Translations under genes and position numbers: made by a program | Source: Tubulanus polymorphus | Taxonomy: Eukaryota > Animalia > Nemertea | Assembly: GCF_964204645.1 (NCBI RefSeq) | Contig: NC_134034.1 | Location: 14,237,024-14,301,023 of the forward strand | Length of the DNA: 64,000 bases | Direction of reading: 5' to 3' | In this document: piece by piece, positions 40,377-53,200 of the stretch | Layout: each line of letters opens with the position of its first letter | Position numbering within the stretch: the first letter of the stretch is position 1 | Notes under the pieces: generated by a model | What the model saw: the letters and a program-made list of their open reading frames with translations, nothing else | Told to the model about the DNA's origin: nothing | The model's database searches: none

Positions 40377-41712
40377 TGTGATCAGTTGTCCATACTATCG
40401 AGGACTCCAAAGAATTCCCTAGGTCCGAGAGAAACGACTACGAACGACGAGACTTCCTTATCGTTGAAAGATCTATAACAGCACTGATTTATTCTGCCCA
40501 TACGTTCATATAAATGATATTGAGATTACATTGTGTCAAATCTGTACAACTATTGGATAGAATCTAGTAAACAACCTGTACAGTACTGAAAAGGGATTAT
40601 CACATGAATTATATGGATTGATATGATACAACAACCATGAATGAAAACTACAACATAAATACAACCATATACGCCGAATGATATATTCGCGACACTCCGG
40701 CCACAACAAAATAACTATGTACTATTACTTTCTCTATCTGAAATTATAAAGTTGTTCACAAATTAACTATTTACAGAAATACCGATAAGTACCATTAACA
40801 GACGTCATCGGCAACGTCTTTATATACATTTCTGATTCTTTGCCGGGCTAAATCTGCTGCTTGACGAGTACTCAGATTACGAGGAATACTTGCCCTTCCA
40901 GTTTCAGAAGGAGGGGCATCTTCGTCATTTTCAGTTGTCTGTAATTCTAAAGGATAAAGTTTTGACAAAGGGCGGTTTGTTACTCCGCTAGCAGTCCTCA
41001 ACGAGCAGGACCGGACACGACCATCCTGCCCCCTGAACAATTCAACAATTACACCTAAACGCCAGCTGGTACGAGGACCCTCATCGTGTATCAAAACTAC
41101 CGATCCCGTTTTAACTATTTCTCTGTTATCACCGACATTCCTATGAAATTCCCTAAGACCAGTTAGATATTCTGTACGCCAACGTTCCCAAAACTGACGT
41201 ACTAACGACACAATAAAATTGTATCTGTTACTTAGTGAACGGCTATTGACAACAAATTCCGGGTCATTAATATCAGCATCACCTATCGGTAGAGAGGTGA
41301 TGCGCCTCCCGCACATTAAATGAGATGGAGTCAAAGGACCCAAATCGTTTATATCGCTCGATATATACATCAGTGGACGATCATTCAAGATCGCCTCTAT
41401 TTCTGTAACCACAGTTACGAATTCAACATAGGTCAAAAAAGAACTATCTCATTTTTGAAAATCTGCCGTAAATGTGTATTGGCACCAACGAACGTAGTGG
41501 CGTTGTCGCTCAACATCAACTTTGGCAGGGAGCGTCTGGAAACAAACCTCCTGAAAGCAGAAAGAAAGGTTTCACTTTTGTTATCCGAAACAACTTCAAG
41601 GTGAATTGCGCGACTAACCGCGCACGTAAATAGGGCTATACACACTTTCCCGCCACCTTTCAAAATCATAGGCCCTAAATAATCGACCCCAGTATAATAA
41701 AAGGATGGCAGT
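40377..41712 (-). mobile_element. BEL/Pao LTR retrotransposon remnant (internally deleted integrase, C-terminal domain, PPT, probable 3' LTR)
   Basis: TGVDYLGP..LFTCAVSRAIHLEVV..FRRFVSRR..SDNATTFVGA, then a frame break and loss of the W.F.P..APW.GG.ER block, then TEIEAILNDRPL..LTPSHL..FWERWRTEYL..WRLGVIVELFRGQDGRVR..RPLSKLYPLE. GGCCGGAG precedes TGTCGCG at 40694, AATAAA at 40493-40488, putative LTR end ...ACA at 40377 (LTR limits less certain). Confidence 0.88.
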
Positions 41713-41795
41713 GTGAGTGAGTGAAACCTGTGATGGCTCTCACTCTTAATTACGAATCTATTCGATTCTTATTCAGTACATACAGTCGGTCATTT

Positions 41796-41930
41796 ACTGT
41801 TGGGTGCTGCCCCTATGTGTATAATAAACGGTAAATTTGTGAATTAACTGATTCCTACTGCGGCGCGCGAGTAATAAGTTAGTTCATATATTCACCGTCA
41901 ACGATATGTATAGGGGCAGCACTTGACGGT
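41796..41930 (+). ncRNA. Diverged orphan copy of the array hairpin (54-bp stem, 27-nt apical region)
   Basis: Same GTGCTGCC/GGCAGCAC basal stem. Manual pairing gives 39 Watson-Crick, 9 G:U and 6 mismatched positions on the + strand. Confidence 0.45.
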
Positions 41931-41944
41931 TAAAATATGTATGG

Positions 41945-42225
41945 TTTCGAACCAGTATTTACACGGTTCGAACCCGGGACACCCCAGAGTACATCCTCTA
42001 TTCAGCATCAGGACCATTCGTGAACCACTTTCAGTAATTATTGGGTTCGTACCCGGGACACCCCTGTACATCCTCTATTTAGCATCAGTACCACTCTCGG
42101 ACAGTACCCGGCCGAGACACCCCTGTTCCAGCATCTCAGGACCACTCTGAACCAGTATCAGTAATTACTGGATTCGAACCCGGGACACCCCTGTACATCC
42201 TCTATTCAGCATCAGGACCACTCTC
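41945..42225. repeat. Diverged remnant copies of the ~72-bp array monomer
   Basis: GGTTCGAACCCGGGACACCCC..TACATCCTCTATTCAGCATCAGGACCA motifs in the same orientation as the main array. Confidence 0.9.
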
Positions 42226-45200
42226 TCAGACGCGGACTCTATTCAATCCGGACGCGTCCGGGTCTCCAATTACACTCGTTCATCGATCACGCGCCGGATC
42301 ATCCGGATGTCATCCGGATACAAGTTCATCATAGCATCAACAGGCAACCAGTCTAGGCGCTCAGTCTATTACATCCTCGCTTGCCAGGGGTCCGGTATCA
42401 CTCCCGAACTAGCTTCCACCAGGTTAGCCGAATCCCTTGACGGGTGAAGATGGACAACCGTGTACGTTACCGCCGAGTCCGGTTCCGTGTCCGTACAGTA
42501 ACAACTACAAATGAATTTGATGAGATAAGTTGTATATTCATAATTTTATTTCAACGTAAAATATCTTTTTATTCAATAACAGTGCAAAAAATACACATTA
42601 AAAACCTCTAAAAAATTTATAATAAATTTGAATCGAGTGATGAAATAAATTTGAATCGAGTGATACCGCTACCGAATCCACAGTGCTTACTTCACGACGG
42701 TGGCTGGTTCAGTTCAGTATGTCACTGTCAGTAGAGATCGGATTTTCCTTCGAGCAGGGTAGATTTTGACGCTGACAGCGAATGCAGGTGGCGCAGAATT
42801 GGACAGGCGACCAGTCTATAGCCGGGTTCGACTATTTCACACGACTCAGGATGACCTTTAAAAATGGAGGCTTTTTCGATCGGATTTACGTAGGGTCTAG
42901 AGGTGCCCTGACAGCGAATGCAGGTGGCGCAGAATTGGACAAACGACCAGTCTACAGTTTTACAAGCCTAAATTAGGAATGAGAATGAAACGATTTTTCT
43001 TTCATTTCGTCGAGTTTCAAATCAAAAACGAAACAAGCGCTGAAAAATTTGCAATCACTGAGATTTTTATTCATCTATAATGAAATTTACATGTAATAAT
43101 GTGAAGATACAAGTAGCGAATAATGAAACTAGTCCTGGACTTAAAACCCTTAAATTCCCGACGACCTATAAATAGGTCGCGTTTACACAATATTCCAAAA
43201 ACCAGACCAGGAGATGAAACGACGAATCGTACCAGAAACAAAATCGAAAAAATTTCATTCGGCAATCAAATCATAATTCTACATTTTTCATAATAATCGC
43301 GAGTACGGTATAAACAATGAATATTTGTTTTTTTTGTTTGCTTTGGACAATATTCGATCATTTAACATTCAATAATAATAATAAAACATACAGTATTTAT
43401 TACTGGCTATGTTTCTTTTCGCGATTATTAATTTTGTTCATGGAACAAAAAGGAAAACGAACAAACAGAAAGAAACATTAAACGACAAGCACAAAAAACT
43501 GACATCAAAACTAATAGAATCACCTCTTCTATTCATAACATGACCCCCTAATGCCTACAGTACCATTTACCCCCCTTAGATAAATAGACGATCCCTGAAA
43601 GCGATGAAGTGTTTAAAAGTCTCTCAACCATCTGAGTAAAACTAAAATTTCATACTTGCGAAATATTGTAGTTTTAGTTGAGCGCGTTTTTTCATGATGA
43701 GTATTTGCGATAATTCCGAAACTCAAAATAACTCGCAAACTTTTTGCATTCGAAAAAAGTACCGACAAAGCACGCATTATTTGAACCCACGGGGGATCAC
43801 TTGTACTCGTAAACGAGACCAGAAGTTTTCAGTACGTTTGAAGTAGATGTTTATGAAGTGTTCTGATACAGGTTCATCCCCTCCGGCCCCCGAGAACAAC
43901 TTCTAACAAAACTCGAGATGTTTACATTCTTCGAAAGTTGTTGAAAAGTATAGAATCTACCGATGAATCGGTGAATCGGTGAATCGGTAGAGCGATACTT
44001 TCCTTCTGGTTATAATTGTATTTAATTGCAGCAAAAAGTAAGCAGATTTTGAGTCCGATTTGAGTAATAGCGACAAAGCAAAGAATACCGGGAAAAAATC
44101 GATCTTTTTTTGTCGTTAAAGATCGGATTGAGTTGTTGTTTGTTTTTGGCATGTATTCACCCTAAAACAGAACAGTTAAATGTATATAAAACGTACGAGA
44201 GATTTATATCTCGTATTTGAGAGAGAGAATGAAGGAATCGAATTGATGCATCGTTATTATACAAAACTGGCTGTGACTAATGGTACCCAGTCGTCCACAG
44301 CAGATGTCTCTTTACTTACAGTGAAAATAATCGAACAGATGGACGCGTGTTAGAAAGCAGGCTGTCCACAAACTTATAAAACACATCATCCACAGAAAGA
44401 AACTGTTTTTAACGAAGGCACAGCAACTAATTTGTGCTATAGATAACAATTTTAACAAGTTTCTGGCATAGATAGTGCGATATTGGCCTAAGAAGCAGTA
44501 TATCTGTTATTCTTTAAAGGGCACCTTCGCCCGAATGGACATTTTAGTATTACAACAAATGGCTGGATATAGTAGAGTAGTATTTTAATAAATATAGTTT
44601 GTCGTGTAGTAGCACAAAGATTCATTCTCTGTATATGGCACTTCATTATTTTTATAGCAATGACACAATAGCACACGAACAGTTTTTTTTCTATATACAA
44701 TAAATTCACACGTAAGTTTCCAAAAAAAAAATGAAGTTATAATAATAATAAGCTACAAGCGAAACGAAAGGAAACGCAAAGTTTCGAGTGGTTTCAATCT
44801 ACGGGGAATGAAAGAACTACCACAAAAAACTGACTGCTGAAGTTTTTGGCAAGTTTTCGAGGCAAGTCTCGGCTTAATATACCATAGAAGAAACAGGAAA
44901 ACAAACACAGCGAAAAAAGAGAGAGAGAGAGAGATAGAGGTGGTCTTCGCATTTTTATTTCTAATCTTCGGCAAGAACTCGTCATTTATTATCACGACGA
45001 AAGTGTTCTATAGTTCAGAGATAGAAAAGAGTATATTAGTAGATATGTGTGAGGTGGTACCATCTTTAGTCTAATCACAGAACTAAAATCAAAACTAAAT
45101 ACTGACCAGAAATACATATCCCAGAAACGTAGCGAGGGACTTCATTCAGAGTGTGTCGAATATAGGAAAACTAATCAATTGCTACAGAGGTTTTTTGCAT

Positions 45201-46287
45201 GATTAAAAAAAAACCTACGAGTTAAAAGAGATTTATTTATGATCAACGCCATTTTTGACTATAACGTTAATCATTGAATGTTTTCGCAGTCTTTATTATA
45301 AACCTGAGCTCAGATTGAAATTAGATTTGAAATTTTAATAGTTTTCATTCGTTTGACCGCTTTCAACATTCTTCTTCTTGCAGGTAACAATCTGTTGTCT
45401 GCACGTACCTCACTCGGACAGGTCAACATAAAGGATTCCTGCGCTTAATTATCAAACTACCAAACTTCACGACTTTCCAGATTTCTAGGGAATTTCAGCA
45501 TGTGCGAGAAGATCATCTTCAGAGCTAAGAAAAAACATACTCAACATAGATCGGAAAACATGAAAATTATCATTACACCAAATTATTTTCACTGATCTGA
45601 AATTTCCTGAGTATTTTTAATTCCCTGAAGATTTCGCCGACCGCAGGAACCTAGAAACAGCTATTCATTTTCGATTAATACCGGTATGCCTTGGCGGAAG
45701 AAGATATCTGGTGAAGCCTTGACGATCAGTTTTTGTAAGAATGGTAAAAGTCTAGGAATAGGGGGTACAGTACAGACAGCAGATTGATAGCTGCATTAAT
45801 AATAATACAATACGTTAGATTACAGGGAACCATCGGGAAGCGAAGATAGAATGGAGGAGATTAGTTTACATTGCCTTCTCCATGAAGAGAACAATATCGA
45901 ATACAAGTCATTTACCAGAGTTATACCTTAGCTTCGCGATGATATAATTCATATAAAACAGTTCAGTTTATATTCATCGCGTTAGAACTGATATTGATAT
46001 CGATCAGATTCAGACGCGGTGAATACAAACTAAACTTTGCACTCGTACAAATTTCCGCACAGTTAAATAAATCTAACTGTATTTTAAATATACAATATGT
46101 TACTTTCTATTTCATGATGATTCAGAAACCGGTTCCACAGTTCACCGTTTAGAGTTTGACTCATTAAATTAGAATTAGTTGTTTTCTGATGTTCTAACCT
46201 GAGAGAGACAAATCTGAATTGACAACTGCGATAACCGGGTCCAGAAAATTACTAATTACTTCTAATTAGTTCAGATATATTCATAAC

Positions 46288-46337
<50 letters not shown>

Positions 46338-46588
46338 TATGCGGTTACACTTTTAGTGCAAACCATAGGGTATATATATATATATAGAAACAAACACCCT
46401 CGGCTGCCCGCTATTGTAACTATGGCTGGTCACGCTTAGCACCACAATAATGGTTCTCTCACCGGCTAGTAACTCCCCCTAGTGACAGACAGGAGTATTA
46501 ATTACAGAGTACACTGACCATTTTACCCATAGTGCTGCACGAAGGTCATTCATATAATAACAACACTCGTATAAGTCTCACCCAGAGT

Positions 46589-46920
46589 CGGGCTGTCGGG
46601 CCTAGAATTCACGGGCTGTCGGGCCTAGAATTCACGGGCTGGCGGGCCTAGAATTCACGGGCTGGCGGGCCTAGAATTCACGGGCTGTCGGGCCTAGAAT
46701 TCAAGGGCTGGCGGGCCTAGAATTCACGAGCTGTCGGGCCTAGAATTCACGAGCTGTCGGGCCTAGAATTCACGGACTGGCGGGCCTAGAATTCACGAGC
46801 TGTCGGGCCTAGAATTCACGGGCTGTCGGGCCTAGAATTCACGGGCTGGCGGGCCTAGAATTCACGAGCTGTCGGGCCTAGAATTCACGGGCTGTCGGGC
46901 CTAGAATTCACGGGCCTTTG
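46589..46920. repeat. 23-bp minisatellite (CGGGCTGTCGGGCCTAGAATTCA), ~14 copies
   Basis: Tandem copies downstream of the HR96 stop codon. Confidence 0.95.
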
Positions 46921-47239
46921 GGCCGAATATTCACGGGCTCGCCTTTAATGTAATGACAAGCCTGAGTTCTCTCTAAGGGTCTTCGTTGATTTCACCAATG
47001 GCAGGAAATCTGTTGTCCTGAACATTTCCCAGAAATTGCTGCCGGAAACTTTTTAAGTTTCCAAATAAAATTTTGGCTCCAGATTTGACAAACACACTTT
47101 GTGCATTTTCAGCAGTATTTAACGCATCAATAATTCAAAACGCTCATCATTTCAGTAAATACTAGTAACACATAAAACGCGATATTCCTTTTTTTTTTGT
47201 AAAGATGAACCTAGATCGAGAAATTCGGGCTCGTTTTTT

Positions 47240-50200
47240 TCAGGTACGTAAATCTAATAATTCGATCATTAACGGCTGGATGCCTTCCGGATTGACTTTC
47301 ACCAACACCGCAGAATGATCCTCATTCAAATTACGTATATCGACCAGTTTCATTAAGTATTTCGGATACATAGCCTTCGCCTGGTGATATGGATATTTCG
47401 ATTCTAAATAACTCTGCAACAATAGCGAATAACGTTCCTGTTCCTGGCAAACTTTCGGTTTATCCAACAAATTTGGACGATCGGGCGAAAACAACGAAAC
47501 AACTAGCAACAAAATGAGCGTCAATTCGTCTGCTCGTAAATCAACGGCTAACGAACGCACGAACTTCATGTGATCCTCGAAAAGTCCTCCTTCCGCCTGT
47601 TTCAGCTGATCGGTCGTCATCGCGTTATAATCGGGATCGTTTTCATCTAAAAACTGCTGTTTATCCTTATCGTAGGTAAGCACAGAGCGCAGGATAAGCA
47701 GTTCTATCGAACCGCCCTTCAACAGGCTGATCTGATCGGCTTGCGACAACGCTTTAAACGATTTAATTTTTTTCGACATGTCGATGACGCGACGCACGCT
47801 CAACTCGGCGATATTCACCAGATCGGCCATACACGAACTCTGATCACGCGGAGGTCCCTCTACGGATACTTCCAGCGATGTTTTATACGCCTGAACTACC
47901 TCATCTATCAACTCTAATTCCTCGGATGTTAATGTTTTCAGCGGTTGAGTGCTCGTTACGATCTCCGGAGTACTGCTCTGACACGGAGCCGGTTTAACAG
48001 GTGGCGACACCATACTGCGCTTCTCCAGGTCGCGATTCATTCTACAAAAACATACAACAGAAATTTATGAAAAAATTAAATCTTTCGATGATAAATAAAG
48101 TTGAACTGACTAAACAACATTGTGAGTTCAGTTTGGAAATGATTTACACACATTCTTAGTCGTAGTAGCTGTACCGAGTAAACCCTTATCTAGACTGAAA
48201 AGATTGAACTGACCGGTGTACAGGTTTGACTGACCGGTGTACAGGTTTGACTGACCGGTGTACTGGTTTGACTGACCGGTATACAGGTTTGACTGACCGG
48301 TGTACAGGTTCGACTGACCGGTGTACAGGTTCGACTGACCGGTGTACAGGTTTGACTGACCGGTGTACAGGTTTGACTGACCGGTGTACAGGTTTGACTG
48401 ACCGGTGTACAGGTTTGACTGACCGGTGTACAGGTTTGACTGACCGGTGTACAGGTTTGACTGACCGGTGTACTGGTTTGACTGACCGGTGTACAGGTTC
48501 GACTGACCGGTGTACAGGTTCGACTGACCGGTGTACAGGTTCGACTGACCGGTGTACAGGTTTGACTGACCGGTGTACAGGTTTGACTGACCGGTGTACT
48601 GGTTTAACTGACCGGTGTACAGGTTTGACTGACCGGTGTACAAGTTTGACTGACCGGTGTACAGGTTTGACTGACCGGTGTACAGGTTCGACTGACCGGT
48701 GTACAGGTTCGACTGACCGGTGTACAGGTTTGACTGACCGGTGTACAGGAATACAAATAGGAACCGATGTTTCTGAGATAATGATGATGGTGGTATTTTA
48801 ATTTCAATGTGTGTTGTTGATTAGACAGAATACCTAAAGCTCATTAAGAGATATCAGGATATCATGTTCTATGATCATCAACCTTTCAGAGGAGATACTT
48901 TCATCATCAGTATATAATACGCATATCAACTCATCAAATACTAAACGTATTAATAACTATTTACTGAAATAGTTATGTTAGATATATAAATCTCATTATC
49001 AGCTAATGTTGAATATAGTTTCCGTAATGTGGGATAATTCAAAACAACTGTAAACAACTGTTGGTAAAGATTGAGTTCAAGAAATATCTAAGAAGGGGGT
49101 TGCAATTGTTCAAAAATTGGATTGAGTAAACTAGTGGTGTGAAATGTGACAATTTCAATCGTGTTTGTCCACCAGTTTTCAGTAACAAACCCCCAAGCTT
49201 CCTGACTATTCAGTCAGATTGAATTTGTGTGATGCGAACGCAGCAGATTTGAGAATCATCTGATGCGGCTTTAACTTTATCCAAATGACGTAATAAACAT
49301 GAAATAACACCGGAGAGGATATTAGCGGGTCACAATGAAGGGATTGGCAATTCTTTTAATAATCAGATCCTGAGGCTAAAAGATCAGACATGAATGAATT
49401 ATCAATTCCCAAATTGGTTTACAACGTAATACTCGGGTTTCAGAGATATTTCACGGAAACATCGTTCTGAGAATTAGATAAATATAAAACTACATTTCGC
49501 TCTAATCTCGTAGTGATAAATTCAATCTAACATCGCGTACGCATGAAAATCAACGTAAGAATTTTCCGAGAAAATTCATCGACAAGATTTTAAGATTTCC
49601 AAAGAAAAGTTTGCAAAATGATGAATTGTGTAGTTGTATCATCAATTTCTAAATGTTGTTGTCCGTATCCGTGATTTAGTGAAAACTGACCGGGTTATCA
49701 CGATTTATCAACTATTTATGGAGCTAAATCAGTTAGTCCGAACAGAATATAGCGAACCCACGCGATTCAGCGCAGTTGCTTCAGTTCCAAGATGGCCGAC
49801 ACTAAATGAAAGCCCATGCTATTAGTAAAAGACTTCTCTCACTCAATGAAATCAGTTTCTAATCTAATCGGTAATTTAGATATGGCGATCTTACGCACAT
49901 TAAACAACAACAATAAACGGATTATAAAAACATGTTGATTAAAGATATAAATGAGAGGTTTCTGCTTACATCGGCGCAACATGTGTTGTATAGTTTTGCT
50001 GACCATTAGAACGAGGGAGATGAGGAGTTGTAGTCATCAACTGCCTATAGGATGAAAAAATATATATAGTTATACAATGGGTTAAATATTGACTACAGTT
50101 CTAAATGATTAGTGTCGACAGAAGAGTGTACGACTAGTTTACTGGTATCGCACTCAGGTTCTATATACCCGAGTCAAACCATCTGGTTGAATTATTAGTT

Positions 50201-53200
50201 ACAGGAGACTCAGTATTTGGGAACTGATTCATTGTTGTTGAGAAGGTATTGAAAAAATTTAAGCGGATTTTCAGAAATGTTTTAAGGGAATGAGATGTAT
50301 GCAGCCACGTAGAGTTGATTCCAGTGGTATCCTTCACTTTCCTCACAGACTGAATAATCTTTAAAACAGATTTGATTGAGTGAGAATTCTGTTAATTCTT
50401 AAATCATCTGTAATAAACGAGGATTCAATAGTTGTCACTAGGGCATTTAAACTGTTCAATAGGTGTCGCTAGTGTGCGTTAGGGCATTTAAACTATAGAT
50501 TTATTCATTAAAATTTATCCATCATTTTCTAGAATTCAATGAATGTTAAATAAACAAAACCTAGATTATTTTGTGAAATGATTTTTGGGAGGCTAAAAAT
50601 CTAGATGAAAATGAACTGAATTTGATATTTTAGAGGCGGGCGCCATCTAGTGGGATTACTGGTACGTGCCTGTGTTCAGTTCCCTGTGTGTAAGGATAGA
50701 CCTAATGTACCGATTAATAAATACACTTCACAAACATGTGAACTATTTTTTCTTTATATTCTGTGCTTTATCTAAAGCGAGTTTGTAATGATATTGTAGA
50801 GTATTGATGTAGTTTTATAAGAGTGGTCTCCCATCTCCCCTCGCCCCACTCCCCTCTCTTTTGACATAAGAGTCCTTTATCAATCATTTATTCTTTGATG
50901 AAAAATAAATTCGATATTCTTGTAAAACTCTGTTTTCAGCCGCTTTTAAACATGTCTGGATATAATGATAGCAGGGACATAGCCACGATGGGCAGACTAC
51001 ACAAGTTATCATTCTGAAAACTGTTAAAATTCAAATTCACAACTTGAGTTAATTAATTCAATGAACTAACTCTTGTGTCTAAAAGTGATATCAAAATATA
51101 TATGTAGTGACCTACATCTTTGTGCCATATCTAATAACATCCTAGCTACACGAGAATTCAGATCTAATAATCTTCTACGGAATCTTACCCCAAATTTCAG
51201 AAAACTCTATCGCTGAAATTCCGTGAAAATGAGTTTTAAATCAGAACCCTGTTCCAGAGTTATGAGTTAAGAAAGTTAGACGAGTTGATTTTGAAATATT
51301 TGACTCAGCATCAAATAGTAACCGAGAGACCTGTAGTCTGTTAGACCCCGAGGGCCCATCTGCACTCATCAGCGTCAGTGTGTCTGAGTATTGTCAGCCC
51401 CCCTCCTCTCCCCCCCGTGTCTATAGTTTAGAGGTAAGTCTATAGTTTACAATGATTGCTGTTTTGTGTATATTAATAATATAATGCTGATAGATCGTCT
51501 ATTACTGAACCTAAATACCACACTTCATTACATTATTACAATGTCAATATATCAACTTATAAGGACCTACATCGAATGCAGCAGTTTCTGTCAGTGATAT
51601 AACTGTATTCAACTCCGTCGTCATTTCAGTGTTTCACAAATAAAAACAAACGTTCACCTACAGTTTAAGACTCTTAACGATTAATTAACTTTCATGTAAT
51701 TATGTTTTTTTCACCGAATGAATGAATGAACAGCAGACAATGAGCCACCACAGATTGTGTATAAAAAAACATCAAAAACACAAAACGATCGTATCATTAT
51801 TTCATGTTTTCGATAATAACACAGAATAGTCTCTTCTAAAACCATCAATTACTGTTCATGTATATTTAATACTTCAATCATATACCAGAGTATGTGAACA
51901 GATACGGCTGATAATAACAACCTGTAGTCGGTAGATTGTTTCAATTAGATTATTATATTATGTAAAAACTGTGATATGAATAGAATTATTGAGAAATAAA
52001 TCTGAAAGATTAGGTCCCAGTTCATTAGTTTTTTGTTCGGTGTTTAACGCTCCCATTTCTAATGTTTTTACTCCAGAGGGTGGACCCCCGGACCACGGCG
52101 TTTACTGATATCTGATGTATGGGTGGAACCCCGGACCACGGTGTTTACTGATATCTGATGTACGGGTGGAACCCCGGACCACTCTGTTGTTACTTGCACA
52201 GGATGAAATCAATGATTTCTATGTATGATATATTTAGACAGACCGTGTCTGTCTGTAATTACATACTATATACTCTTACACACTTATTCACTACATATTT
52301 CAAAGTGTTGAAGTATCACCAGCATTGAACAGAATAAATAGAATAGTCCATAAAAATGTTCCCAATACAATGAAATTGATTTCATGAATTCTATAGAATA
52401 TTGTACACAGTGGTGATATCAGATATAGAGGTGATTGATTTCAACTGAAGCAGTTACTGCTAGGCAAGGCACTTTATTCAAATTCTATGTGAAATGGCCG
52501 TTTCAAATGCAAGTCGTTAGTGAGTTGTGAGTTGTTGGTAATGAGTTATAAAATGAGTTGTAAGTAGTGAGTTGTAAGTTGTGAGTTGTAGGTAGTGAGT
52601 TGTAAGTAGTGAGTTGTAAGTAGTGAGTAGTGAGTTGTAAGTAGTGAGTTGTAAGTTGTGAATTGTAAGTTGTGAGTTGTAAGTAGTGAGTTGTAAGTAG
52701 TGAGTTGTTGTTGTTTGTGTTATTTTCAGCCTATGTTGCGGATACATTTTGCTCACCTTTTTTGTTGCTCTGAAACCCACCTGTTCTCTTCAATCTTCTG
52801 ACGTTTACGTTGTTTTTCCTCGTCAGTAAGGATGTATTCTTTACGCATTCCGATTTCAAAACATTTTTTTAATCGACAGCGTTTACAAAAGCGTCTATTC
52901 GAAATGTCCATTTTACATTTTTCATCGTACGGGCATTTGAAGTATTCCTAAAATTAAGTGAAAACAGGAATGAATTGAAGCGGTATTTATAACGAGATCG
53001 ATGGAATTCACGCAAACGTAAAACAGTTCCGTCTGAGAGTTTCAACAATTGTAGTCATTTAACTTTTGACTCGTTGAAATCCTCTCAAAATACCATTAAA
53101 CTAACTGTTACAGTTTATCGATGAATCTTCACCAAAACGGGAAACAGTTTGAGCATTCTTTACTGAGCTGAATTAATGTTGTTGAGTGGAGGAAAGAGAA

